The notes under the pieces were generated by a model. It was not told where the DNA came from. It saw only the letters and a list, made by a program, of their open reading frames with translations, and did not search any database. Of a stretch of 64,000 nt of DNA, positions 26,101 to 39,095 are shown piece after piece. The DNA lies in NCBI RefSeq assembly GCF_963921235.1, contig NC_086097.1:113028001-113092000 (forward strand), read 5' to 3'. Position 1 is the stretch's first letter, and each line of letters opens with the position of its first letter. Made by a program: the position numbers and the translations under genes. The stretch comes from Mobula hypostoma (lineage: Eukaryota).

Positions 26101-26830
26101 AAAGATTGACAAACAACCAATGTGCAAAAGAAGACAAATTGTACAAATGGTGTCCTTGAAAGTGAGTCTGCACATTGTGGAATCTGTTCAATCAGAGTTG
26201 AGTGAGGGAAGATATCTACAACAGTTCAGGAGCTTGATGGTTGTAAAGTAATAACTAATTGTTCCTGAACCAGGCGGTGTGGGACCGAAGACTTCTGTAT
26301 CCCTTTCCTAATGGCAGCAGTGACAGAACAGAGTGGCCTGGATGCTGGGGGTCTTTGATGACGGATGCTACGTTCTTGTGGCAGTGCTTCCTGTAGATGT
26401 GCTCTGTGGTGAAGAGGGCTTTTCCTATGATGGACTGGGCTGCGTCCATCATTTTTCTGTACGCTTTCCCATTCTTGAGCACTGGTGATCCCATACCAGG
26501 CCATGAGGCAACCAGTCAGGATACTTCTCTACTATGCATCTATAGAAGTTTATGAAAGTTTTAGATGATATACTGGATCTGCAGAAACTTCTAAGAAAGG
26601 AGAGGCGCTGTCGTGCCTTCATTGTAATGGAATTTACATGCTGTTCCAAGGACAGATCCCTTTGTATGGTAACACCAAGAAACTTAACCCTCTGATTGAC
26701 TAAGCAGGACTGATTCACGGACCCCTGGTTTATTCCTCCTATGGTCAATAATCAGCTCTTTGGTTTTGCTGACATTGCTGTTCCTGTGGCACCATTCAGC
26801 CAGATTTTCAATCTCCCTCCAATATATGGA
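26101..26830 (-). mobile_element. Rex1/Babar LINE 3' fragment (its tail continues at 22540-22635)
   Basis: VKFLGVTI, KARQRLSFLR, IKDPQHPGH..SLLPLGKGYRSL. Confidence 0.8.
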
Positions 26831-27044
26831 TTTTTCACCACCCTTGATTCAGCTTGCATGATCAGTTGCATCATAACTGAGGCTACTGCATCAGTTATGA
26901 TGAAACTGAGTAACTTGTTCAACCAATTTAGAAGACTGTCAAGATAGATTAAGAGATGTTACAATGTGTTGGTCAGTGGTGGGGGGGGGGGGAGAAGAGG
27001 ATGAGTGAGGCTGACAGTGAAGATGAGGGAGAGACTGAGGTTAG

Positions 27045-28185
27045 AGAGTTCAAAGTAAATTTATTATCAACGTACATATATGTCACCACATACAACCCTG
27101 AGATTAGGTTTTTTTTGCAGGCCTACACAGTAAATCAAAGAAACACAATAGAATCAATGAAAGACCACACCCAACAGGATGGACAAACAACCAACATGCA
27201 AAAGGCAACAAACTGTGCAAATACAAAATAAAGAACTAATGATAAATAAATATGCAATACATTTTTAGAGCATGAGATGAAAAATTCCTTGAAAGCGAGT
27301 CCATATGTTGTGGGAACAGTTCAGTGATGGGGTGAGTGAAGTTATCCCCTCTGGTTCAAGAGCCTGATGGTTGAGGAGTAATAATTGTTCTGAACCTGGT
27401 GGTGTGAGTCCTGAGGCTCCTGTACCTTCTTCCTGATGGCAGCAGTCAGAAGAGAACATGGCCTGGATGGCGGGGGTCCTTGATGAAGGATGTTGCTTTC
27501 TTGCGACAGCGCTCCATGTAGGTATGCTCAACGGTGGGAAGTAATTTACCTGTGATGGACTGGGTCGCATCCACTACATTTGTAAGATTTTCCACTTAAG
27601 GGCATTGGTATTTTCATGTCAGGCTGTGATGCAACCAATTAATATACTCTCCACCGCATATCTATATAAGATTGTCAAAGTTTTAGATGTCAAGCTGAAC
27701 CTTCTAAGTAAGTAGAGGCACTGCCGTGCTTTCTTCATAATGCCGTTTATGTGCTGAATCCTGGACAGATTCTCTGAAATTATAACGCCAAGAAAGTTAA
27801 AGTTGCTCATGCTCTCCACCTCTGATCCCCTTATGAGGACTGGCTCATGGGCCTCCGGTTTCCTCCTCCTAAAGTCTATAATCAGCTCCTTTGTCTTGCT
27901 CACACTGAGTGAGAGGATGTTGTTGTGGCACCACTCAGCCAGATCTTCAATCACCATCGTATTCGCTGATTCGTCGTCACTTTTGAATCACCCGATGGTG
28001 TCATCAGGAAACTTAAGTAAGGCATTGGAGCTGTGCTTAGCCACACAGTCATAAGTATAAAGTGAGTAAATCAAGCAGGCTAAGCACACAGCTTTGTTGT
28101 GCCCCTGTGCTGATGGAGATTGAGGATGAGATGTTGTTACCAATCCAAACAGACTAGGGTCTGCAAGGAGACAATTGATCATGAC
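27045..28185 (-). mobile_element. Rex1/Babar LINE fragment
   Basis: YSLYTYDCVA..KFPDDTI, WCHNNILSLSVSKTKELIIDFRR, FNFLGV. Confidence 0.85.
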
Positions 28186-28389
28186 GGAAAGGTGCACATC
28201 TTGAAAACAGCATGAAAATGACATGCAACATCATTTTAACATTTTGATTTCAGAACCGATGAGTTCATCGTGATTTATGGTATCGTGAGTGCAAGATCAC
28301 CAATTTTTGAATGTGCAGTGAATCAGTACAATCTACAGTCTTTATAAGTCTTTGTATCTAACATCTGCAATATCCACCGATAATTTATA

Positions 28390-29072
28390 GTTGGAGGAGG
28401 AGGAGAAGATGGCAGCGCAACCACTTCGGTGCTGATGTCTGTTATTTGTCAAGTAGGAGACTGTGCACAATTCTGATTTGATGGAGACAGACGTGAGAGT
28501 ATGGAGGAACATTTGGTGAAACTTCTGAAGTACCTGCTTCAATGCCTCTGTTACTGTGTGGTCCGGAATCTCAGAAGGAGAAGGCCCCAAATCCTCGGCT
28601 TTGCTTGATTCAGTGGCCGGGACGAGGTCGAAGGCGCTCGGCAGAGGATGGCGCTTGGGAGGCTGTATAGGAGGGACTGGTTGGAGGCTTGAAGTTTTTG
28701 GATGGACGGATTCAGTGTCGGCTGTGATCAGGTGCTTCCAATGCATTGGCAGTTGTCGGTGCCTGGAGGTTTATGGCAGGGAGTTTCTCCCATTGCCGCC
28801 TGCTATCAGGGACTCGGGAGTCGATCGACTCAGGACTTTGAGACTTTTTTTACCATGCCCATGGTCTTTTCTTTGTCAAATTACGGTATTGCTTTGCACT
28901 ACTGTAACTATATGTTATAATTATATGGTTCTGTCAGTGTTAGTCTTTGGTTTGTCCTGTTTTTCTGTGATATCACTCTGGAGGAACATTGTATCATTTC
29001 TTAATGCATGCATACATTTCTAAATGACAATAAACGAGGACTGAGTGTTCTCATAATCTAATCTAATCTAAT
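28390..29072 (+). mobile_element. Non-coding retroposed element with AAGATGGC head and (ATCTA)n tail
   Basis: GC-rich body, AATAAA near 29030, then TAATCTAATCTAATCTA. Confidence 0.5.
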
Positions 29073-29124
29073 TTTCCAATCAAATAAAGAAATACAATTG
29101 AATTTATGAAAATATCTACTCAGA

Positions 29125-29350
29125 GAAAATTGGCAGGACAGCTTTTTTCTAACTGTGTTCCTAAACTGTGGAACTCAATACCTAAAAATATAAGGGATGC
29201 AGACTCAGTTCAAACATTTAAACGCCAAGTTAAAATCTATTTATTTAACCTTGCTTTTAATTAACCTTATTTTGTCTTTTATTTTTATGTTTCCACAGTA
29301 TTCCATTGTAAAGCACTTTGAAATATATGAAGACTCTATAAGTTATTATT
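29125..29350 (+). mobile_element. L2 LINE 3' end
   Basis: PKLWNSIPKNIRDADSVQTFKRQVKIYLFNLAFN* then TGTAAAGCACTTTG and TTATTATT tail. Confidence 0.75.
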
Positions 29351-30254
29351 TTTTCTCAGCTCATAAAATATATGCAATAAAAGTAAATGAAATATACTTC
29401 AAGTAAGTATTTTACATTAATCTCATTCACAAAGTATTACCTAGGGAATGAGGAAGTAGTTGCAGTGGGATGTGCTCTACCTTAGAATCAGTTCCACTGA
29501 CAAATAATTAGGAAAGTTAACAGGTTTGTCAAGTAGAGGTTATGCTTTAATTAGATGGAACATTCGTAAGACCATATCTGAATTGATACATTATACAAAT
29601 CATCGCCACTATTACTGACTGTCAAAGTTACAGTTTTTTCTTTACATCCCTACCTCTCCTTTGTCCACTAAGGATTAGCAATGCATACAATGATCAATAA
29701 ATACAGTATTCATCTTATTTACAAAAACGTGTTAAATCTGGATAGTTTCTCTGGATTGAGCAGGTGGTGTTCTGAAGAAAGAATAGACAGCCTAGGCCTG
29801 TATTCACTGGAATGTAAAAAGAACAAAAGTGAGTTGATTGATGCATGCGTAAACTTGAAGAATCTTTTTAAATGTTGATGTGGAAATTATGTTTACCATT
29901 GTAGGAGAACGCAGCAAACTTCAATATTTAAAAAAAGGGAGTTTCCCTTTTATTTCAAGACAAAATTTTATTTCCCACAAGGTCATGAGTCTTTGAAATT
30001 CTTTTCTTTAAACTACAGTGAAAGTACAGTCTTTAATACAGAGGTAGTTAAGTTCTTAATAAACAAGATGGTCAAGTATTTCTAGGATCACTGAGTTACA
30101 GCAGCCAGGATCTTATTGAATGAGTGTGGGAGGGGTTAGTGCTATAGGTTGTTGGTATAACAACAGGAATTCTGCAGATGCTGGAAATTCAAGCAACATA
30201 CATCAAAGTTGCTGGTGAACGCAGCAGGCCAGGCAGCATCTATAGGAAGAGGTG

Positions 30255-30296
30255 CAGTCGACGTTTCAGGCCGAGACCCTTCGTCAGGACTAACTG
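30255..30296 (-). ncRNA. Minimal type I hammerhead ribozyme motif
   Basis: Minus strand CAGTTAGTCCTGACGAAGGGTCTCGGCCTGAAACGTCGACTG, intact core. Confidence 0.75.
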
Positions 30297-31342
30297 AAGG
30301 AAGAGTGAGTAAGGGATTTGAAAGTTGGAGGGGGAGGGGGAGATGCAAAATGATAGGAGAAGACAGGAGGGGGAGGGATCGAGCCGAGAGCTGGACAGGT
30401 GATAGACAAAAGGGGATACGAGAGGGTCATGGGACAGGAGGTCCGGGAAGAAAGACGGCGGGGGGGGGGTGACCCAGAGGATGGGCAAGAGGTATATTCA
30501 GAGGGACAGAGGGAGAAAAAGGAGAGTGAGAGAAAGAATGTGTGCATAAGAATGAGTAACAGATGGGGTACGAGGGGGAGGTGGGGCCTTAGCGGAAAGT
30601 TAGAGAAGTCGATGTTCATGCCATCAGGTTGGAGGCTACCCAGACGGAATATAAGGTGTTGTTCCTCCAACCTGAGTGTGGCTTCATCTTTACAGTAGAG
30701 GAGGCGGTGGATAGACATGTCAGAATGGGAATGGGATGTGGAATTAAAATGTGTGGCCACTGGGAGATCCTGCTTTCTCTGGCGGACAGAGCGTAGATGT
30801 TCAGCAAAGCGGTTCAGCAAAGGCTGGAGACGGCTTTGCTGAACATCTACGCTCTGTCCGCCAGAGAAAGCAGGATCTCCCAGTGGCCACACATTTTAAT
30901 TCCACATCCCATTCCCATTCTGACATGTCTATCCACGGCCTCCTCTACTGTAAAGATGAAGCCACACTCAGGTTGGAGGAACAACACCTTATATTCCGTC
31001 TGGGTAGCCTCCAACCTGATGGCATGAACATTGACTTCTCTAACTTCCGCTAGGCCCCACCTCCCCCTCGTACCCCATCTGTTACTCATTTTTATGCACA
31101 CATTCTTTCTCTCACTCTCCTTTTTCTCCCTCTGTCCCTCTGAATATACCTCTTGCCCATCCTCTGGGTCACCCCCCCCCCCGTCTTTCTTCCCGGACCT
31201 CCTGTCCCATGATCCTCTCGTATCCCCTTTTGCCTATCACCTGTCCAGCTCTCGGCTCTATCCCTCCCCCTCCTGTCTTCTCCTATCATTTTGCATCTCC
31301 CTCTCCCCCTCCAGCTTTCAAATCCCTTACTCACTCTTCCTT

Positions 31343-31384
31343 CAGTTAGTCCTGATGAAGGGTCTCGGCCTGAAACGTCGACTG
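31343..31384 (+). ncRNA. Minimal type I hammerhead ribozyme motif
   Basis: CAGTTAGTCCTGATGAAGGGTCTCGGCCTGAAACGTCGACTG, intact core. Confidence 0.75.
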
Positions 31385-31649
31385 CACCTCTTCCTATAGA
31401 TGCTGCCTGGCCTGCTGCGTTCACCAGCAACTTTGATGTATGTTGGTTGTTGGTATGTTTTTACTTAAAATATAGTTAAGATAATTGGCTAACAATTATG
31501 CCAATCTAAAATAGTTTACATTTCAGTTTATCAGCTCTGTATGTCAGCTCCTAGAAATTTAATTATATAGTTAAAACTAAAACACTGTATAATATTCTGC
31601 ATTGTATCCTACCTCTGGTATTTTTGTTTCATTGAAGTCAATGAAATTT

Positions 31650-33110
31650 ACAGGAGTGTTTGGTGACATATCAAACCTCCTCAAATTCCTGATGAAATAA
31701 TGAATTGGTAAGCCTTCTTCTTGACTGTATCAATGTGTTGGGCCCAGGTATCCCCTGTGACATTGGCACCCAGGAACTTGAAGCTGCTCATCTTTTTTAC
31801 TGTTGGCCAGTCAGTAAGGACTAGAATGTGTTCTCTGGACTTCCCCTACCTGAAGTCCAAACTCAATTGCTTGGTCTTACTGATGTGGTCTGACGTCGCT
31901 GTTGTGAGACCCTCAAAGTGAAGACCTATCTTAGCTCTGTACACCTCCTTGTCGCCATCTAGAATTCTGTCAACAATAATAGTGTCATCGGTGAATTTAT
32001 AGATGGTGTCTGAACCATGTCTATCCACACAGTCATGAGTGTAGAGAGAGTAGAGCTGTGGGCCAAGCATGCATTCTTAATGTACACCATCGCTGACTGT
32101 CAGCAAGGAGGTGATGTTATTACCAATCCGTACATAGTTTGGTCTCCCAGTGAAAAAGTTAAGGACCAGTTGCAGAGGGAGGTACAGAGGTTCGGATGTA
32201 AACCTTGTTGACTAGTAGTGAGCATGTGATGATGTTGAAAGCTGAGCTGTAATAGCTAAACAGCAGCCTGATATATAGTAGGTATTGCTGTTGTCTAGGT
32301 GCTTCAGTGCCGAGCGGACAGCCAGTGAGATTGTGTCCACTGTACACATGTTGTGGCAATATTCAAACTGCAGCAGGCTCAGGTCCCTGATCAGACAGGA
32401 GATATTTCTAGCCATGAACAACCTCTTAAAGCACTTCAGTAGATGTGAGTTTTACATTCAGTAGTCACTGAGGCAGTTCACCCCGCTCTTCTTGGGCACC
32501 AGTTGATTAATTGCTGCCTTTTGAACTAGTTATGAACCTCCAACTGTACCAGTGAGAGGTTGAAGATGTCCTTGAACCCTCCATACACTTGGTCAGCACA
32601 TATTTTCAGTACCCTGTCAATACTCTGATGTAGCCTGAAGCCTTGTAAGTATTCACCCTCCTTAAGGATGTTCTAATGTCAGCCTCCAAGACAGAAATCA
32701 CAGGCTCACCAGATGCTGTATGAATTTGCACAGGCATGGTGATATTTATGACTACACTGAAGTGCTACTGCCATTTCTGCTCTTAGGTTTTGTCTTATAG
32801 GAAGTAATGGCAATGCAAACCCTGCCACTGCTGTTGTGCATCCAGTTGTGTCTCTAACTTAACATAGAATTGCCTTTTCCTACGATGGCCTTCCATACGT
32901 CGTACCTGGACTTCTTGTATAGTTCTGAATCACCAGCCTTGAACACCACAGATATAGTGCTGTGCAGACTATGAATCTCCTGGTTCATCCAGGTCTTCAA
33001 GTCTGTGAAAACGCGGTATGTTCACATGCTCATCCACACAGGTCTTGATGAAGTCAATGATAGCTGTGGTATATCCATTCAGACCTAATAATGAACCCCT
33101 GGATTTGGTC
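31650..33110 (-). mobile_element. Degraded Rex1/Babar LINE
   Basis: LGPQLYSLYTHDCV..TIYKFTDDTIIV, LLFSYYSSAFNII. Confidence 0.8.
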
Positions 33111-33229
33111 CAGTCCATTTACTCACAGAGGTCCTGTCAGGAAGCATTTTTCTTTTTTCCATGTGCATAACCTCAAGCTCTTTCACAGCGAATTCCCGAG
33201 TCACCTGAAAAAGTCATTGACTGCAGGAC

Positions 33230-33700
33230 TTGTATGTGTCCAGGACATTGAAGCAAACTGCAAAAATCATTGCAACATCTCCCATCTAGCAAACTGCCTT
33301 TTCCAAGAGCTCCCGTTAAAAGTGCTGTAGAGGTATTAAAACAAAACTTCATGACATCTTAAAAGTGTCTTCCCCCAGGCATTTAATCAGATCAACCATC
33401 CTAGTTAGACCCTCAACCCCTCTCTGTCTGTAACTTCAGTTACTGCACTGTAATGTTAATACTTTAAATCACTTTTTACAATGCTGTCTATATCGTAAAT
33501 ACATACTGGCATTTACCTATGTATTTGTGCACATCATATTGCATATCTGTACTTTAACTTCTAAGTTGATTTTTATATATAATTCTTTTTTTCTTATAAT
33601 TGTTGAATGTATTTTCTTGTTGCATGTCATGCCAACACACCACAGCAAATTCCTGATACATGTAAATATACCTGGTGAATAAAGTTGATCCTTGATCATT
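33230..33700 (+). mobile_element. Rex1-type LINE 3' fragment
   Basis: SHLANCLFQELP, ..FPQAF.., (GATCCTT)n tail. Confidence 0.55.
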
Positions 33701-34019
33701 TCTCCTTGATCCTTATTTCTGCTAACTTTTTGGCCAATTCACAAAAACATTTAAATTCCTTTGTAGTCTCTTTGTATTCCTAATATTGTTAAGCATCAGG
33801 CAATAAACTTGGATTCATCACACTCTGGGACTGGTCGCGGTGCCTTTCAATTTTGTGGCAGTCTTTGTGGATGTTCCTCTGGGAAAAAGTGGCTACTGTG
33901 TGGCAAGGCCTATCGCTGATGGCACTAGTCTTGATGCTGTTGGACAATTTATGTCCATAAGGATGCTAGGTATATAGTAATGGATGAAATGCCATAAAAA
34001 TTAGATGTAGTATCCCACT

Positions 34020-34450
34020 GTTAAATTCAAAGTCAAAGTAAGTTCTACTATCAATTTATATATAGTATGTTACTACACGCTGCCCTGGGATTCAGTTTCT
34101 TGCAGGTGATTACAGGTTGATAACAAAGTACAATAGAATTAACATAAAATTCTACATAAACAAAGACTGCAAATAATCAATATGTAAAAGACAAATTACA
34201 AAATAAAACAGAGAACTTGAGTTGTACAAAGTCCTTGAAAGTGAGTCTCTAGTTTGTAGAATCAGTTCAGAGTTGTTGTGCGTGTAATTATCCATGATGG
34301 TTCAAGAGCCTGATGGTTGTAGGGCAATGGGTATTCCTAAAACTTGGCGGAGCAGACTTGATGGGCTAAATGGCCGAATTCTGCTCCTATGTCTTATTTG
34401 CTAAATCTGGTGGTGAGGGACCTAAGGCTTCTGTACCTCCTGCCCAATGG
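34020..34450 (-). mobile_element. Rex1-type 3' fragment interrupted by a CR1 tail stub (about 34345-34398)
   Basis: CAAGAGCCTGATGGTTG motif; GGCGGAGCAGACTTGATGGGCTAAATGGCC insert. Confidence 0.6.
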
Positions 34451-34909
34451 AATCTGCAACAATGATCTACTTTTTGGAGGTGCTCTGGAATACTCAGCAC
34501 CCCAGAAGTAAAGACCTATGGCATTTTGTTGTATGGAGCACCACAGACTTGTGAAACCTTGCTATCAACTTGATGACAGCCAGCTAAGTAACATGAGAGT
34601 CAAAGAGAGAGAGGAGTGCAGAAGCAAATGAATATGGGAGACAACCCTCAAAGGCCCTCAAAGACCACTGCCACTCCCCTAAGGAATCTTCAACAATCCA
34701 AGGATGCCATGAATGAATAGTAAACTCTTCTGATACAATGGAAGCTGAGACTTCACCATCAGATCCTGTGCCTTTCTCCATTCTGATAAGCAGTAACTGC
34801 TGCCTGACCCGACTGTAGTAGAAGAGCAATTAATTAGCATCCCATTCACTATCTGCAATATTACAGCCGTCCTCCAAACTGTGGTTGGGTGTTTCCTTTA
34901 CAAGATACA

Positions 34910-35662
34910 TTTAATCCAAATCAGTATCAGTTTTAATGTCACTAGCATATGTCGTGAAATTTGTTGTCTTTGCAGCTGCAGTACAATGCAATAGGTAATG
35001 ATAGAGAAAAAAGACTGAATTACAGTAGCTTAAATTAAATAAGTAGTGCAAAAATAGAAATACAAAAAGTAGTGAGGTGGTGTTCATGGGTTTAATGTCC
35101 ATTCAGAAATCAGATGGCAGAGGGGAGGAAGCTGTTCCTGAATTATTGAGTGTGTGCCTTCTTTCTTGATGGTAGGAATGAGAACAAGGCATGATCTGGA
35201 TGATGGGGATCCTTAATGATAGACACCACCTTTTTAAGGCATTGCTCCTTGAAACTACAGAGGCTAGTGCCCATGACAGAGCTGACTAAGTTTACAACTC
35301 TATGTAGCTTATTTTGGTCATGGGTAGTAGACATCCCACCTCCCCCTGCCCATACCAGACAGTGATGCAGCCAGTAAGAATGCTCTCCAGAGCACAACTG
35401 TAGAAATTTGCAAGTGTCTTTGGTGACATACCAAATCTCCTCTAACTCCTAAGGAAATATGAGCATTGTTGTGCCTTCTTTGTAGCTGCATCAGTATGTT
35501 GGGTCCAGAATAGATCCTCAGAGATATTGACAACAAAGAACCTGAAATTGCTCACTCTTTCCACTTCTGATCCCCCTATGAGGATTGGTGTGTGTTCCCT
35601 CGCCTTACCCCTCCTGAAGTCCTCAGTCAGTTCCTTGGTCTTACTGATGCTGAGTGCAAGGT
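34910..35662 (-). mobile_element. Rex1/Babar LINE 3' fragment
   Basis: CLKKVVSIIKDPHHPDHALFSFLPS. Confidence 0.8.
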
Positions 35663-35869
35663 TTATCCAATATATCTATTGTATATAAGGAATATATCAA
35701 AGTTTCTTCCACTGTCCTACAAAAGCATGAACTTCTACAATCAGTATGCATAAGGTGCAGGAACATCTTCATTCCAAGCTCCCCTCCAAGGCATATTGCC
35801 ACATATTTTCAGTTTTTTCTTTGATGTTCAATAAAAGTCCTGGAATCGCGGTAGAGTCACATCACCACA

Positions 35870-36500
35870 CAGACACAGCTGTGGAAAGGGTGAGCAGCTT
35901 CAATTTCCTGGGCATTAACGTCACAATCTATCCTGGGCCTAACATATTGGTGCTGTCATAAAGAAGGCTCCGTTAGGAGTTTGAGGAGATTTGGTATGTC
36001 ACCAAAAATTCAAGCACATTTCTACAGATGCACAGTGGAAAATACTCTGACTGGTTACATTACTGCATGGTACAGAGGCTCCTGGTATGCAGGGTCACAA
36101 GAGGCCACAGAGGGTTATAGACACAGCCAGCTCCATCACAGGCACAAACTTCCTCATCATCGAGCACATCTTCAGGAGGCAGTGCTTCAAGAAGATGGCA
36201 TCCATCATTAAAGACTCTCGCCATCCAGCACATGCCTTCTTCTTACTACTACCATTTGGAAAGGAGGCACAGGAGCCCAAAAGCCAAATCATAATGATTC
36301 AGGAACAGCTTGTCCCCTCCACCATAATATTTATGAATGGTTGATGAACACTACTCTGTTATTCCTCTATTTACACTATTTGTTTGTTTATTTATTGTAA
36401 CCTGTAGAAATTTGTGTCTTTTTCTGTACAGCTTCCGCAAAGCAGCACATTTTATGACGTACTGTATCTCTGTGATAATAAACCTGATTTTGATTTTCTG
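35870..36500 (+). mobile_element. Rex1/Babar LINE 3' fragment
   Basis: VERVSSFNFLGI, FYRCTVENTLTGYITAWY, IIKDSRHPAHAFF. Confidence 0.8.
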
Positions 36501-37699
36501 ACAATATCTTCAACACAGAACTCTAGTAGATCAAGAAGGAGACTCATTTCATTCCACGATGCAAGATATTGTGTTTCCAATTGCATACTGGTAAACAAGT
36601 TAACAGTGAGATCTTGTAGGCCCGTGTTCAATCTACATAAAACAATGGGGTTATGTCAATTGGTCTTCATCAAAACAGACAACACTGGCTAAATTATTTG
36701 CACCATTGTGACCAAGTTCAAGGAATCTTGCAGACTAGATTGACTTTGTTATTTAGCATATCAAACATTGTCTCAGATACAGTTGATTGATCAATAATTG
36801 GCATAATTGTGTACTCAGAGAGTCAGCTCTCACAGCATTAATTTTGGGTGTCTGGGATCTCTGTCCCCAGAAGCTTTTAGTCCATCTGTGTGAATTAGTT
36901 TGTTCAAGCATAGGTATCTGAAAAACATCACATGCACATAATGTCAACTAGTAGCAAAACTGTATAAATGTTAGAAAACACTGAGGATTGTTAGGAATGA
37001 CATGGAGAATGAGAGAAAGAGTACCCAGAGCTCATTCCTCAGTCTTCCATTTCTGTCATGGATGACTTGTTGTTAATGTGTTCTTTTAGTTCATAAAAGT
37101 TGTGCCTGCGTTTGGAAGCACTTTGTAGCTTATAAATCTTTCGTAATTCAGAAATCCTTAGAAATCAGAAATTACCTTTGAGTTTTAAATGTGTGTTCAG
37201 AATTATTTGTCAAAATTTAAATGTGTATCATTAAAAATAAAATAAGCTATGTTTGAACTATGTTGTTAGGTGGAAGTATCTTTTGCTTGGTAGGGAGGAA
37301 GAAATCTACCATTCAAATGGTGGGTTTTGGCAGCTAAAGCTCACTGCAGAGGCTAGACAAGGAAGTAAGCTAGTCAAGACAAGAAGGAGGTACAGAAGCC
37401 TTAGGTCCCACACCACCAGGTTCAGGGACAGTTGTTACCCTACGGCCATCAGATTCCTGAACCACTGTGGATGACTTCACTCACCTTAACAGTGAACTGA
37501 CTCCACAATCTATAGACTCATTTTCAAGGACTCTACTACTTGTGTTCTCAGAAGTATTTATTTATTATTTCCATGATTTGTCTTTCTTTGCACATTGGTT
37601 GTTTGTTAGTTTTTTTATTTATAGTTTGTCATAAATTCCATTGATTTTCTTTATTTTCCAGTAAATGCTGACAAGAAAATATATCTCAAGGTAGATATG

Positions 37700-38973
37700 G
37701 GTGGAAGTCCCATAACCCATGGGAGGGTTGTGACTAATGGTGTCCCACAAGGATCGGTTCTGGGACCTCCACTTTTTGTGATTTTTATTAACGACCTGGA
37801 TGTGGGGGTAGAAGGGTGGGTTGGCAAGTTTGCCGACGGCACAAAGGTTGGTGGTGTTGTGGATAGTGTAGAGGATTGTCAAAGATTGCAGAGAGACATT
37901 GATAGGATGCAGAAGTGGGCTGAGAAGTGGCAGATGGAGTTCAAACTGGAGAAGTGTGAGGTGGTACACTTTGGAAGGACAAACTCCAAGGCAGAGTACA
38001 AAGTAAATGGCAGGATACTTGGTAGTGTGGAGGAGCAGAGGGATCTGGGGGTACATGTCCACAGATCCCTGAAAGTTGCCTCACAGGTAGATAGTGTAGT
38101 TAAGAAAGCTTATGGGGTGTTAGCTTTCATAAGATGAGGGATAGAGTTTAAGAGTTGCGAGGTAATGATGCAGCTCTATAAAACTCTGGTTAGGCCACAC
38201 TTGGAGTACTGTGTCCAGTTCTGGTTGCCTCACTATAGGAAGGATGTGGAAGCATTAGAAAGTGTACAGAGGAGATTTACCAGTCCTGTCCCATGATCCT
38301 CTCATATCCCTTTTGCCAATCACCTGTCCAGCTCTTGGCTCCATCCCTCCCCCTCTCGTCTTCTCCTATCATTTTGGATCTCCCCCTTCCCCCTCCCACT
38401 TTCAAATCTCTTACTAGCTCTTCCTTCAGTTAGTCCTGATGAAGGGTCTCGGCCCAAAATGTCGACTGTACTTCTTCCTAGAGATGCTGCCTGGCCTGCT
38501 GCGTTCACCAGCAACTTTGATGTGTGTTGTTTACCAGGATGCTGCCTGGATTAGAGGGTATGGATTATGATCAGGGATTAAGGGAGCTAGGGCTTTACTC
38601 TTTGGAGAGAAGGAGGATGAGAGGAGACATGATAGAGGTATACAAGATATTAAGAAGAATAGACAGAGTGGATAGCCAGCGTCTCTTCCCCGGGGCACCA
38701 CTGCTCAATACAAGAGGACATAGCTTTAAAGTAAGGAGTGGAAAGTTCAAGGGGGATATTAGAGGAAGGTTTTTTACTCAGTGAGTGGTTGGTGCATGGA
38801 ATGTACTGCCTGAGTCAGTGGTGGAGGCAGATACACTAGTGAAGTTTAAGAGACTACTAGACAGGTATATGGAGGAATTTAAGGTGGGGGTTATATGGGA
38901 GGCAGGGTTTGAGGGTCAGCACAACATTGTGGGCCGAAGGGCCTGTACTATGCTGTACTATTCTATGTTCTAT
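37700..38973 (+). mobile_element. CR1 LINE 3' part inserted in a Rex1 tail (37380-37699 and 38974-39020)
   Basis: GVPQGSVLGPPLFVIFINDLD, KFADGTK, (TTCTATG)n tail. Confidence 0.92.
38284..38529 (+). mobile_element. Penelope terminal fragment inserted in CR1, 8-bp TSD
   Basis: TTTACCAG at 38276-38283 and 38530-38537; hammerhead GAAAC decayed to AAAAT. Confidence 0.85.
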
Positions 38974-39095
38974 GTAGTATATGGTGACATATATGCACTT
39001 TGTTAATAAATAAACTTACTTCTGGGTAACAATAAGCTAGCAATTTTTACTAAAGAAGCCTTTATTGAGCATCTCGCACACTGTACTGTGATTCA

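Larger units (their letters stand above)
30159..31444. mobile_element. Palindromic Penelope-like insertion (two inverted 3' fragments) with 12-bp TSD
   Basis: Both arms encode RFAEHLRSV..PVATHFNS..RLEEQHLIFRLGSLQPDGMNIDF (GIY-YIG C-terminus); GGTTGTTGGTAT at 30147-30158 and 31445-31456. Confidence 0.92.

Noticed and set aside
28342..29023. ORFs of 134 and 155 aa
   Set aside because: No recognisable domain; explained by a GC-rich repeat body.
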